From the IMG/VR virus record IMGVR_UViG_3300027689_000001, positions 64,001-128,000 of that record: 64,000 nucleotides of DNA. One strand, 5' to 3'. The position numbers and the translations under genes were made by a program. The notes under the pieces are model-generated. The model made no database searches. It saw only the letters and a list, made by a program, of their open reading frames with translations, and had not been told where the DNA came from. This DNA comes from a virus (Duplodnaviria; Caudoviricetes). Positions 9,559 to 18,077 of this stretch are shown here, in pieces; the stretch's first letter is position 1, and the number at the start of each line of letters is the position of its first letter.

Positions 9559-10181
9559 TATTCAATCCATTCCAAAGTTTTTAATTTTGTGATCAATTGT
9601 TCTTCATAGGAAGAATCCCACAAATGATATATAATCCACTGTTTTACATTTTTTAAGTTAATTGGATAATCATATGGCATAGTCGGAGAGATTTTTCTAT
9701 CTTTCCTCGCCCACCACTGACCAGTTTCGTCACGAAAAGATGTCTTGAAATTGGCAGGATCATTGATTTTATTATATCCATAGACAAATCGTTTATTGTA
9801 TTCATTCATCGAGATAAAAAAACCTGCCATGCCATTTTCTCTGGCAACATCAAAAATGAAGTCTTTGATGTCACCCTGTAATGCATGACAATTTATACCT
9901 GGAATAGTATAAGTACGACATCCCATGCACACCATTCTATCTATTTCCGAGACATAAAATCCATGCCCGCAAACAATTCGTCCTTCTTTTTTACATACCA
10001 CATACCCATTGGTAGGACCATCGAATCTCTTCTCCTTATACAGAAGATACAGTAGAGTGTGTGGTTTGTTTTCCCAGTCGACAAAATCCATATTAAAAGC
10101 AGCAGGACGTATGTCGTTCTGGGATTCCTTACAGAATTGTAATATTTCTTCTATGGGATAATTACTGTCAATACGAATCAT
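9558..10181 (-). CDS. hypothetical protein (possible GNAT fold)
   Basis: Coupled ORF; the fold is a guess from the beta-strand pattern. Confidence 0.55.
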   Translation of the reverse strand: MIRIDSNYPIEEILQFCKESQNDIRPAAFNMDFVDWENKPHTLLYLLYKEKRFDGPTNGYVVCKKEGRIVCGHGFYVSEIDRMVCMGCRTYTIPGINCHALQGDIKDFIFDVARENGMAGFFISMNEYNKRFVYGYNKINDPANFKTSFRDETGQWWARKDRKISPTMPYDYPINLKNVKQWIIYHLWDSSYEEQLITKLKTLEWIE

Positions 10182-10813
10182 AAACCCAACCGTGCTCTTG
10201 CTGCGCTTAAATCTTCATCAAATAATATATTATAATTCTCTGCAAGTAAGAACTTAGCATTCTTTCCTCGTAAATATGCTTTTTGTATCAAACCAATGTC
10301 AGAAAGTTTCATTCCTCTATGAACGAACCCAACAAATGAAATGAGCAACCAACCAAGCGATTTAGTTTGTGCGAATGAGAACATTGCGAGGCACATCTCC
10401 CCCAATATCTGGGTGTCATAACCTGTTAGTACATGCCATGTGTCGTGTGTATCTCTGTATCTTCTTGCCATCCAATTGTAAGGATGTTTCGCTTCGATCC
10501 AAACATCATTAGATTTTCGTTTGCTTATTCTTATAAGCAGTTCTTGATTTGGAAATATCTCATGACAGCGTTTGCCAACGGAACCTTCTGGTCGATCACC
10601 GAGAGTAGGGAAGTATTCGTATACTTCTTCAGAGTTGTATGCAACCTCGCCACCGTGTTCTGTTTCCAGAAGTTTGTTGTATGTCCACTTCAAAGAAGGT
10701 GCGTTCGTAGCATGCAGTAACTGAAACAGAAAGATTGTGTTATGTGGTTTTTTAATCAATTTACCCACAATCTTTATTGCTGTTTTCAGATCTATTTTAT
10801 ACTGCAGTCTCAT
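10178..10813 (-). CDS. Coq4-family protein
   Basis: RYRDTHDTWHVLTGY...LGE matches the HDxxH-x11-E signature; PEGSVG. Confidence 0.8.
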   Translation of the reverse strand: MRLQYKIDLKTAIKIVGKLIKKPHNTIFLFQLLHATNAPSLKWTYNKLLETEHGGEVAYNSEEVYEYFPTLGDRPEGSVGKRCHEIFPNQELLIRISKRKSNDVWIEAKHPYNWMARRYRDTHDTWHVLTGYDTQILGEMCLAMFSFAQTKSLGWLLISFVGFVHRGMKLSDIGLIQKAYLRGKNAKFLLAENYNILFDEDLSAARARLGL

Positions 10814-11549
10814 TCAAAATGACTTTCAATTCTTTAAGCACTTTCTTAATTTCAGACGCATTACTCAAGAAGGTATGAAAATTGCCACTATCTTCCAAGT
10901 CATACACATAAAGATGCTCATCCGTTAGAACATAATTTATGTCTGAATTATAGTATAATTTATAAGATGCAACGATGTCCTCTGAACCAATAAACTTCTC
11001 ATCGAAATTGAAAGTATTAACTGCCTTATTAGAATATAACAGCATTCGATTATACTGCAAATTATCTAACAATAATTTACCGAGTTCTAATAATCGAAGT
11101 TTATGCGCACCCTGCACGTCAGCAAATTTGAACACATTACCATTAGACAAAAATGCATTACTGGTTGTTGCACTTCCATTATATGTCACGAAACCATCAA
11201 TCAAACCGACAACATCAACGTCTGGTTTATTGTTCACAATATTAACAAGTTTGGTCAATGCATCAGGAGCAAGATAGTCATCCGCATCAACTTGCATGTA
11301 ATATGCATGTGAACGAGATCGGAAAATCTCTAGAACAGAATTTTTTCCCTTCGCTGGTGTTCCGTTAGATTCAGTTACCAGAAACTCTACATTGTATTCC
11401 TCTGCAACAGATCTCGCTTGCTCTACAAATGAAAAATCGAGAGTGTTGCATACCACAACCACATCACTGGTTTGAGGTAGAACACTCTCGATACAACGTT
11501 TTAATTTTTCAACATCCCTTGAAGTAAGGACTGCAACCAATAGATTCAT
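10797..11549 (-). CDS. glycosyltransferase family 2
   Basis: LKRCIESV, VDADD (DxD) and SED motifs. Confidence 0.85.
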   Translation of the reverse strand: MNLLVAVLTSRDVEKLKRCIESVLPQTSDVVVVCNTLDFSFVEQARSVAEEYNVEFLVTESNGTPAKGKNSVLEIFRSRSHAYYMQVDADDYLAPDALTKLVNIVNNKPDVDVVGLIDGFVTYNGSATTSNAFLSNGNVFKFADVQGAHKLRLLELGKLLLDNLQYNRMLLYSNKAVNTFNFDEKFIGSEDIVASYKLYYNSDINYVLTDEHLYVYDLEDSGNFHTFLSNASEIKKVLKELKVILNETAV

Positions 11550-11863
11550 CCTATCAATGAACCTCCTGCTTTCCTCTTCGCCTTGGCGACTGCTGCTTGG
11601 GTTTTGATAGTCTTACTGTCTTTTTTGCCATAGTCTTGAGCAAGAGGACTGTTGGGATTTGCGTCTGAAATTTTTGCCATCACTTCCTTGAAGTGGTCTG
11701 GTGGTCTAACGCCATCACCTACGCCACCGATAATATTCGGTGCAGTTATGCCTTGGATAAGGTGTGGATTTTTCTCTAGAAACTCTTGTAATGCATCAAA
11801 TGAACCCCAGAAATCATCCTGGGGTTCACGTGTTTCTACATCTAAAACAGTATATAAGGGCAT
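11546..11863 (-). CDS. T4-like hypothetical protein
   Basis: MPLY...EFLEKNPHL motif; ATGA overlap. Confidence 0.7.
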   Translation of the reverse strand: MPLYTVLDVETREPQDDFWGSFDALQEFLEKNPHLIQGITAPNIIGGVGDGVRPPDHFKEVMAKISDANPNSPLAQDYGKKDSKTIKTQAAVAKAKRKAGGSLIG

Positions 11864-11940
11864 TATTATTGATCTCTAATTATTGTCAAACTACACTCTA
11901 TATATACTATAATTTCTCGTATAAGTCAATAGTTTTTTAA

Positions 11941-12129
11941 TTACTTCGAATCTGTTTGCGGAGTCGCTTCCGCCGCAAAAACTTCTACAGTTTCTGTTGC
12001 ATTTGCTGTAGCAAGTGCTTCATCTGCTGCTGGGCCAGCGGCTTCTGATACAGTTGGGGTTTCCTCGCTAGGAGTACACGCTGCTGTAAGTGCAATAACT
12101 GCTGCTGCCATAAAAGTCTTGATATTCAT
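11941..12129 (-). CDS. small predicted lipoprotein
   Basis: Signal peptide ending LTAAC; AAGGA RBS. Confidence 0.7.
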   Translation of the reverse strand: MNIKTFMAAAVIALTAACTPSEETPTVSEAAGPAADEALATANATETVEVFAAEATPQTDSK

Positions 12130-12170
12130 AATTTATTCCTTGGTTGTTAAATGGTACCCTGATTGGGTAT

Positions 12171-12244
12171 TGGAGCGGATAGTGAGACTCAAACTCACCT
12201 CTTTAGCTTGGAAGGCTAAGGCACAATCTCTATACCATACCCGC
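12171..12244 (-). tRNA. tRNA-Gly(TCC)
   Basis: Cloverleaf; anticodon arm TTAGC-CTTCCAA-GCTAA; encoded CCA; atypical T-loop TTTGAGT. Confidence 0.88.
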
Positions 12245-12258
12245 ATTAAACTTCTTAA

Positions 12259-12341
12259 TGGTACGCCTAGAGGGACTCGAACCCCCACGCTTTCGCACTG
12301 GTACCTAAAACCAGCGTGTCTACCAATTCCACCATAGGCGC
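12259..12341 (-). tRNA. tRNA-Leu(TAG)
   Basis: CTGGT-TTTAGGT-ACCAG; long variable arm; GGTTCGAGTCC; CCA. Confidence 0.95.
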
Positions 12342-12351
12342 ATAAAAGAGT

Positions 12352-12462
12352 GACCACCTAAGTGTGCCTTGATTGCTTACTTCGCGACGTTGCAATCTTC
12401 CCAGATAAACAATACGGTTGCAACCGTATTTTTACCCCTTCACGGGTTCAGCATAGGTGGTC
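12352..12462 (-). ncRNA. candidate structured ncRNA within the tRNA cluster
   Basis: 9-bp closing stem GACCACCTA/TAGGTGGTC enclosing three hairpins. Confidence 0.55.
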
Positions 12463-12477
12463 TATTCGTATTCAAAC

Positions 12478-12552
12478 TGGCTCCCTAAGATGGATTCGAA
12501 CCACCGACCAATTGATTAACAGTCAACTGCGCTACCGCTGCGCCATTAGGGA
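12478..12552 (-). tRNA. tRNA-Asn(GTT)
   Basis: GTTGA-CTGTTAA-TCAAT; GGTTCGAATCC; CCA. Confidence 0.95.
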
Positions 12553-12559
12553 ATAAAAC

Positions 12560-12635
<76 letters not shown>

Positions 12636-12642
12636 GGAAACT

Positions 12643-12650
12643 TATTTATT
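12643..12650 (-). promoter_or_regulatory. late-type promoter upstream of the tRNA array
   Basis: AATAAATA ending 7 nt before tRNA-Thr. Confidence 0.5.
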
Positions 12651-13041
12651 CTTCCAACCACTTCTTGATAGAACCATACTTGAGATCGAGACGATACTCA
12701 AGAGATTCCCAACCATAGAAGCGCATTTCTTCGTCATCAATGCCTTCTGCTTCACAGATAATGGCGACTGCTGCCGCATTATCAAAGCAGTTCTTGACCA
12801 AACCCATGATGCCGTCTACACGACAAACGAACTCAGCGAAGTTACGATCCTGACGAATCTTTTCTTCGTCGATCTGCACAGAGAGTATCCCGACGAGACG
12901 CTCGTATTCAGCATCAAACTCTTCAGTTGAAGAGAAGGTAACATCACGAGGACGGAAACCATACACATCTTTGTGTAGGTCTGAAAAGATGTTGCCATCC
13001 TTAGAGTTGGTAGCGACATTAATATCACGAAGAGTCAACAT
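12646..13041 (-). CDS. early hypothetical protein inserted in the tRNA cluster
   Basis: SDLHKDVYGFRPR motif; own promoter and AAGGA RBS. Confidence 0.75.
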   Translation of the reverse strand: MLTLRDINVATNSKDGNIFSDLHKDVYGFRPRDVTFSSTEEFDAEYERLVGILSVQIDEEKIRQDRNFAEFVCRVDGIMGLVKNCFDNAAAVAIICEAEGIDDEEMRFYGWESLEYRLDLKYGSIKKWLEE

Positions 13042-13069
13042 AGTCAATTTCCTTTCAAACTATACACAC

Positions 13070-13098
13070 AGTATACCTCAAAACGTAGAAGAAGTCAA
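13070..13098 (-). promoter_or_regulatory. sigma70-type early promoter
   Basis: TTGACT-17 nt-TATACT. Confidence 0.9.
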
Positions 13099-13125
13099 CA
13101 CTTATTTTCATTTTATTTCAAAAAA

Positions 13126-13201
13126 TGGTGAACCCTGCTGGATTCGAACCAGCGACCTTGAAGTTAAAAGCATCCTGCTCTACCTACTGAGCTAAGGGTC
13201 C
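13126..13201 (-). tRNA. tRNA-Lys(TTT)
   Basis: Loop CTTTTAA; GGTTCGAATCC; CCA; anticodon stem GGATG/CTTCA has mismatches. Confidence 0.9.
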
Positions 13202-13206
13202 AATAC

Positions 13207-13294
13207 TGGAGGAAGCGGTGGGATTCGAACCCACGGTACCTTTCGGTACGCTAGTTTTCAAGACTAGATCAATCGACCACTCTGACACGCTTCC
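13207..13294 (-). tRNA. tRNA-Ser(TGA)
   Basis: CTAGT-CTTGAAA-ACTAG; long variable arm; CCA. Confidence 0.95.
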
Positions 13295-13310
13295 AATTAG
13301 TTAGAGAACC

Positions 13311-13339
13311 AATATACGCTTTATTTAAGATGAAGTCAA
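13311..13339 (-). promoter_or_regulatory. sigma70-type promoter for tRNA-Ser/Lys
   Basis: TTGACT-17 nt-TATATT. Confidence 0.75.
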
Positions 13340-13351
13340 TACTTTTTTAAT

Positions 13352-13846
13352 TTATTTGTATGGATCGTAATGTCTCCCCCATAACCATCCACTCGGTAGA
13401 CTGAACGATCTTGGGTCGACCAGATGCGTCTTGCCACTAGGTTCAACACACCACTTTCGCACACGCATACTTTGCATAAGACTCATCTTGCGGCGAGTCT
13501 CGTAGGAGTGCCTCCGATTATACATCGGATTATTCTCTCCTCGACGAGTTCCCTTCATCGTCCTGCTAATCTTTGCCCGATGCTCATCTGACAATCCATT
13601 GGCATTTGGGTTTTTACTACCCTTCTTTGCCTCGGCAATTTTTTCTCTGCCTTCTGGAGTGTGCAATTTATTACGTTGACGAGTTACCTTGTCGACGACT
13701 TTAGAGATCTTTTGTTGTTTAGAAGCAGTTTCGCGAATCAACTCAATATTGGTTGTTTGTAGAATCAACTCACGAGGTTTTGGAACGATAGTTGGATCCT
13801 TTACGATCCACAGTTCCGTCTTATGTTGAAAGAGGTAAAACCTCAT
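13352..13846 (-). CDS. NUMOD3-repeat DNA-binding protein
   Basis: Repeats HTPEGREKIAEAKKG, SDEHRAKISRTMKG and GENNPMY..HSYETRRKMS; no nuclease motif visible. Confidence 0.75.
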   Translation of the reverse strand: MRFYLFQHKTELWIVKDPTIVPKPRELILQTTNIELIRETASKQQKISKVVDKVTRQRNKLHTPEGREKIAEAKKGSKNPNANGLSDEHRAKISRTMKGTRRGENNPMYNRRHSYETRRKMSLMQSMRVRKWCVEPSGKTHLVDPRSFSLPSGWLWGRHYDPYK

Positions 13847-14231
13847 TTACAATGCCTTTATCAATCAACGTCAAATCATGCTCACGATCAATGTACTTAA
13901 ACTCGACATGATCTGGATCAAATTCCTGGAGCGCCTCGAAAACATCCTTCGTATTCAGCGCTGAACACGTATAGACATCAAGTTGCATAAGAGCAGGAGA
14001 AACTTCATCCCACACATGCATAGCAATATGACTAGTTTCGATAATAGTAACTGCGGTCAGACCACGATTACCTTCCATATCCGAGTAAATCGCATATGGA
14101 CCCATCAGTATTTTCATACCAATTTTAGAAACTAATGTCTTCATCCAATCTTGAATCGCTTCTGCACAAGTTGGAGGATTGTTCAATTCAGCCCTGATAA
14201 TCAGGTGTTTGTGTTCAAGAATTTGCCCCAT
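13821..14231 (-). CDS. speD: S-adenosylmethionine decarboxylase proenzyme
   Basis: IETSHIAMHVW...DVYTC signature. Confidence 0.9.
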   Translation of the reverse strand: MGQILEHKHLIIRAELNNPPTCAEAIQDWMKTLVSKIGMKILMGPYAIYSDMEGNRGLTAVTIIETSHIAMHVWDEVSPALMQLDVYTCSALNTKDVFEALQEFDPDHVEFKYIDREHDLTLIDKGIVNEVLPLST

Positions 14232-14264
14232 CGATGTTCCTTCTTCGTAGGTGCTGGAAAGATC

Positions 14265-14272
14265 TATTTATA
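14265..14272 (-). promoter_or_regulatory. T4 late promoter
   Basis: TATAAATA upstream of speD. Confidence 0.75.
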
Positions 14273-14852
14273 TGGGCAAACTAGTGCTATAATTAAAGTT
14301 GCCAAAATCTTCTTCAAATAGATTAAGGATCAATTTCTCTCTAGATTTATCATAGTAATCCAAATAATTATATGGAGGAGTAACATTCATTTTTTGAGAT
14401 ATCTTAAAACCTAATTTATCTTCAATGTCAGCATACCCATCTTCATATTTAAAAATATTTGGAACGATACCTTTACTTCCTGTTAGAAATTCAGTTTGCG
14501 TAGTAGTTGGAATATGAAAGTTGTTATCTTTTTTTGTATACAGTTCTTCAAAAGTCAAGTCAGGAAGGTTATCTTTAAAATCATATATGGTTTTTAAAAA
14601 TACATAAAAACTTACAGCTCTGACAAACGGATTTCTCACAACAGAAAACACCCATCGATCTTCAACCAACGACTCCCAATAAGAGTAAGGATTATGCATC
14701 TGCATTAACTGTATCCAGTCCGTACTTTCTTCGCTGAACGGATCGACAGGCATGTATTTTGCATCAGGGCAATTTGATTTTATACTCACCTTTATACTCA
14801 TCCCAGATGTTTTTGGAATGTGTATAAAGGCAAATTTATCTGTGTAGATCAT
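14268..14852 (-). CDS. sulfotransferase family 2 protein
   Basis: FIHIPKTSG (5'-PSB) and VRNPF.R.VS (3'-PB) motifs. Confidence 0.85.
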   Translation of the reverse strand: MIYTDKFAFIHIPKTSGMSIKVSIKSNCPDAKYMPVDPFSEESTDWIQLMQMHNPYSYWESLVEDRWVFSVVRNPFVRAVSFYVFLKTIYDFKDNLPDLTFEELYTKKDNNFHIPTTTQTEFLTGSKGIVPNIFKYEDGYADIEDKLGFKISQKMNVTPPYNYLDYYDKSREKLILNLFEEDFGNFNYSTSLPI

Positions 14853-14919
14853 ATCTTCTGTTTAACCCCCCAAACAACCAAGAGTTCTCTACTCTCGCGT
14901 TTGCGAAATAAAGTAAAGA

Positions 14920-15417
14920 TTAATTTACTAAAGACTTTTTTGATCGTGACGACTTCTTAACCTCAGGTGCTTTCCATCCAATAAGAAAAGATTCTAGAAC
15001 AGTCGCCAACGTGGGATACTTTTCGAGAAGTTTCTGGTCCTTTACAAGATCAAGAATTTCTACTTCAGTAGAAACTACACCCTGACAGATTTGCATCCAA
15101 ATTTCCTCTCTGCGGAATTGCGGTACTTTACTGGCGCTGCCTTCTGGTAGTAGAGTTAGAATGCGACGGAATTCCTGTGTAATGGTAGTATCGCCCATAT
15201 TTTCTGGGAGACCCTCATCCTTAAAAGGAGTCTTACCTTCTGGTAGATTCCATGGACCCTGCTCGTAACCAACACCCCACGCGACAAGTCGCATAAGAAT
15301 AGAGTTGCTTACTGAGATTGCACGAACACGTGCGGAGAGTTCTTCGGTTGTCTTTGCTTCAACTGCCCAGTCAAGAGCCTCGTTGATCTGCCTAAATTTC
15401 TGAGGTATTATTGCCAT
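14920..15417 (-). CDS. conserved T4-like hypothetical protein
   Basis: LPEG..P...RREEIWMQ motif; directly downstream of RNase H. Confidence 0.7.
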   Translation of the reverse strand: MAIIPQKFRQINEALDWAVEAKTTEELSARVRAISVSNSILMRLVAWGVGYEQGPWNLPEGKTPFKDEGLPENMGDTTITQEFRRILTLLPEGSASKVPQFRREEIWMQICQGVVSTEVEILDLVKDQKLLEKYPTLATVLESFLIGWKAPEVKKSSRSKKSLVN

Positions 15418-16299
15418 TTAAAATTCATCCACTAGTTCAATTAATTGTGTCATACGATTCGCGATAAAATAATTCAAAAGACCAGAACGATCGCCCTCTT
15501 TCTGCATCTCATAATTATCTATAATACTTTCCTTGATGTCCTCAGGAATGCGCGATAGGTCAACCAGTTCACGGTTGCGCTGGTAGTTCCGCCACATTTC
15601 GTCGCTGTTGATAAAGTCTTCAGGTTTCTGCGTCTTCCAGAGTGCAAGTGCTTCCTTGCGAATAGGACGCTGACGGTCGCCATTAACAAAGGTGTCGTCA
15701 CCAGAAAGAATATTGGGGACACCATCGCCCTTATCGCCCATGATAATATGTTCCATGAGAACTGCATCAGGAGTTTCAGTCAACTTAATAAACTTTTTCT
15801 GAACAGGAGCATACTGCTTAACGTTGCTCCACTTCTGCAACTGATTGAAGTCATGGTCACCAGAGAGAACAAGGAAAGGTTCAGCGCTGGGTATGAGACC
15901 ATCGGTATTCATGGTCTGACTATACTCAGCGAGCACTGCGATGACATCATCTGCCTCTGCACCATCAACATCGATTACAGCATATGGAAAGTGTTCAGCA
16001 AGTTCAGCACGAACAAGATGCAGTGCCTCGAAGATAGAGTTCCAATCGAATCCACTATCAGCACGAGACTTCTTACGGTTTGCCTTGTAGTTCGGGAAGT
16101 ACTCACGACGCCAATAATGGCGATTGTCACATGCGATAACCATTTCGCCAAACTCAGGACCGAACTTCTTACGATATGACCGAAGTGCATTTATAATCAT
16201 GTGCCGAACTAGAGGAACATTTATCTCAACGTCTCGACGACCTCCCAAATTTACCATTAGACTGCTAATTGCAGTCTGATTATAATCTACAACAATCAC
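15418..16299 (-). CDS. rnh: T4 RNase H / 5'-3' exonuclease
   Basis: YWRR..FP.YKANR, EADD, SGD.DF.QL and GDKGDGVPN motifs. Confidence 0.95.
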   Translation of the reverse strand: MIVVDYNQTAISSLMVNLGGRRDVEINVPLVRHMIINALRSYRKKFGPEFGEMVIACDNRHYWRREYFPNYKANRKKSRADSGFDWNSIFEALHLVRAELAEHFPYAVIDVDGAEADDVIAVLAEYSQTMNTDGLIPSAEPFLVLSGDHDFNQLQKWSNVKQYAPVQKKFIKLTETPDAVLMEHIIMGDKGDGVPNILSGDDTFVNGDRQRPIRKEALALWKTQKPEDFINSDEMWRNYQRNRELVDLSRIPEDIKESIIDNYEMQKEGDRSGLLNYFIANRMTQLIELVDEF

Positions 16300-16649
16300 G
16301 TTTCTTCATCCCCATTATTTAAAGTCGTATCAAGAGCATTACGAATATCAGTTAGCATAACTGTTTCCGGAGTATCCATCCCACGTTGGCGCAAGAACAT
16401 GCCGTATACCAAAACAGAAACCACTGCTGCATCAGCATAGAAACTTTCATGGTGTGTAATACCAAACTTCTCAGTGCACACCTTGGTAATTCCTGCCATA
16501 ACTGCTTTACCAGCACGCTCGGCGTCTTGATAAGAACTGTACTCATCAATCCCCCCCAGGAAGTATGATAGAGATTCCTTGTCTGGATTTGGATCCTCTG
16601 CTTTCTTCTTAGGATTAAGAAATGTCACGTTATCATTATCGCTCATCAA
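16296..16649 (-). CDS. hypothetical protein
   Basis: Coupled ORF. Confidence 0.7.
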   Translation of the reverse strand: MMSDNDNVTFLNPKKKAEDPNPDKESLSYFLGGIDEYSSYQDAERAGKAVMAGITKVCTEKFGITHHESFYADAAVVSVLVYGMFLRQRGMDTPETVMLTDIRNALDTTLNNGDEET

Positions 16650-17767
16650 AACACTTTCAAAATTAAGGTAGTCGGAGTTAGTCGTGCACGCACAGGAGAA
16701 GACTTACTTCTAACGGCTGAGTACCATTTAGTCAAGCCATTTTTCGCAAGACTAACAAATTCTTTTACTTGAGTCTCTGGTTTACGCAGCAGTCGGGAGT
16801 TGGAGAAGTTCTCATCAAATCCTACAAGACTTGCACCCCTAACTGTAATGCTTCCGCTGACTGGACTGAAGTATTTAGAGATCTTTCGTGTCTTGGTGTC
16901 AAACGTCCACACTTCACTGCAGTTTAGTAGATTGATAGGTTCGACGCTGGTGACACCAAGTGCAGTATCTTCCACGAGGAACTTTAGGTTCTGGACCAAT
17001 TTGGTCTTATCCTTTGGTTTCTTCTTACGAACCTTGGCAACCTGCTTGCTGACATATGACTTCTTGAGATCGTTGACATATGATTCGAGTAACTTAACGA
17101 TATCCTTGACAATCTTCATACCCGTCAGATGTGCATAACTATCGAGCAACTGCGACTGCATATCAGTTAGGTTTGCTTTGGGTGTCCGACGAATCTCTAC
17201 CAATTCAGCAAACTCAGCAAGGATAGGTTGAATCTTTTCTACGCAGTCAAGGTAATGTCTATCTGTCATACGATATGGCATAAGAATCTGCGGCATGTTC
17301 TTTACATCTTCGCCGATGACAAGATTCTCAATCTCATCATTAACATCAGATATAATGAAGTGACCTGCAATCAACGGTTTCTTAGCAACCTTGACTACAG
17401 GTTCAGGAGAAGCATCATCCTCTTCGAGTTTGATACGCTTATTGACAGTTTCCTCAACCTTCTCCCAAATACGAGACTTATCTCTTTCGTTGAGAGGGAA
17501 CCCACGCATAGCAATACGAGCAGAATTGGCATAGGTGCGTGGAAGCAACTTGTCAGGAACTTTACTAAGAGTCTTCAGTTTATCCTTATCTTCCTTGAAC
17601 CAGTCAACGAGAAACGCACGACAATCTTTCTGGTCAACAATAAAGTTATACCAACTCAATGCATTACCATATTCAGACTGGTAATTCGTGGGTTCATAAT
17701 CGTCAACCCAGATTGGTTCTACGCCCATAATCTTAGAATCAGCAATCGGAACTTTCAACTTATACAT
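16646..17767 (-). CDS. hypothetical protein
   Basis: 373-aa ORF under an early promoter. Confidence 0.8.
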   Translation of the reverse strand: MYKLKVPIADSKIMGVEPIWVDDYEPTNYQSEYGNALSWYNFIVDQKDCRAFLVDWFKEDKDKLKTLSKVPDKLLPRTYANSARIAMRGFPLNERDKSRIWEKVEETVNKRIKLEEDDASPEPVVKVAKKPLIAGHFIISDVNDEIENLVIGEDVKNMPQILMPYRMTDRHYLDCVEKIQPILAEFAELVEIRRTPKANLTDMQSQLLDSYAHLTGMKIVKDIVKLLESYVNDLKKSYVSKQVAKVRKKKPKDKTKLVQNLKFLVEDTALGVTSVEPINLLNCSEVWTFDTKTRKISKYFSPVSGSITVRGASLVGFDENFSNSRLLRKPETQVKEFVSLAKNGLTKWYSAVRSKSSPVRARLTPTTLILKVF

Positions 17768-17794
17768 CTGTTCGCCCTATTCAATTTATAAGTT

Positions 17795-17823
17795 ACTATA
17801 CCTCGTTTCCGTGGAAAAGTCAA
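17795..17823 (-). promoter_or_regulatory. sigma70-type early promoter
   Basis: TTGACT-17 nt-TATAGT. Confidence 0.85.
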
Positions 17824-18077
17824 GCTATAAATTTCACATTTGTAATTGAATCATATCTAAACGAGCGCCAACCTGCATTTTCCGTGTCCCAAACAGGCAG
17901 AGCATCGGGATTAATCACCTTACTTTCGGCCTTAGCAGTAGTTTTCTTTGGCACTACAGTTTCCTGTAGAGTGCATCGAATAACTCGAACATCCCCATTA
18001 CGTTTTGTAAACGTCACTTCAGCGTCCATCTTCTTGAGGTTCTTTACGAGCATTTCACGGTCGATTTCCATAATCAC
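17820..18077 (-). CDS. WYL_2/SH3-like beta-barrel protein
   Basis: VTFTK.NG..R...CTL...VWD....WRSF motif. Confidence 0.8.
   Translation of the reverse strand: MIMEIDREMLVKNLKKMDAEVTFTKRNGDVRVIRCTLQETVVPKKTTAKAESKVINPDALPVWDTENAGWRSFRYDSITNVKFIA

Noticed and set aside
11901-11929. Additional sigma70 promoter (TTGACT-17-TATATA)
   Set aside because: The -10 lacks the conserved final T and the shared spacer motif; too weak to call.
12133-12556. ORFs 12133..12357, 12119..12337 and 12362..12556
   Set aside because: They overlap tRNA genes and the structured RNA.
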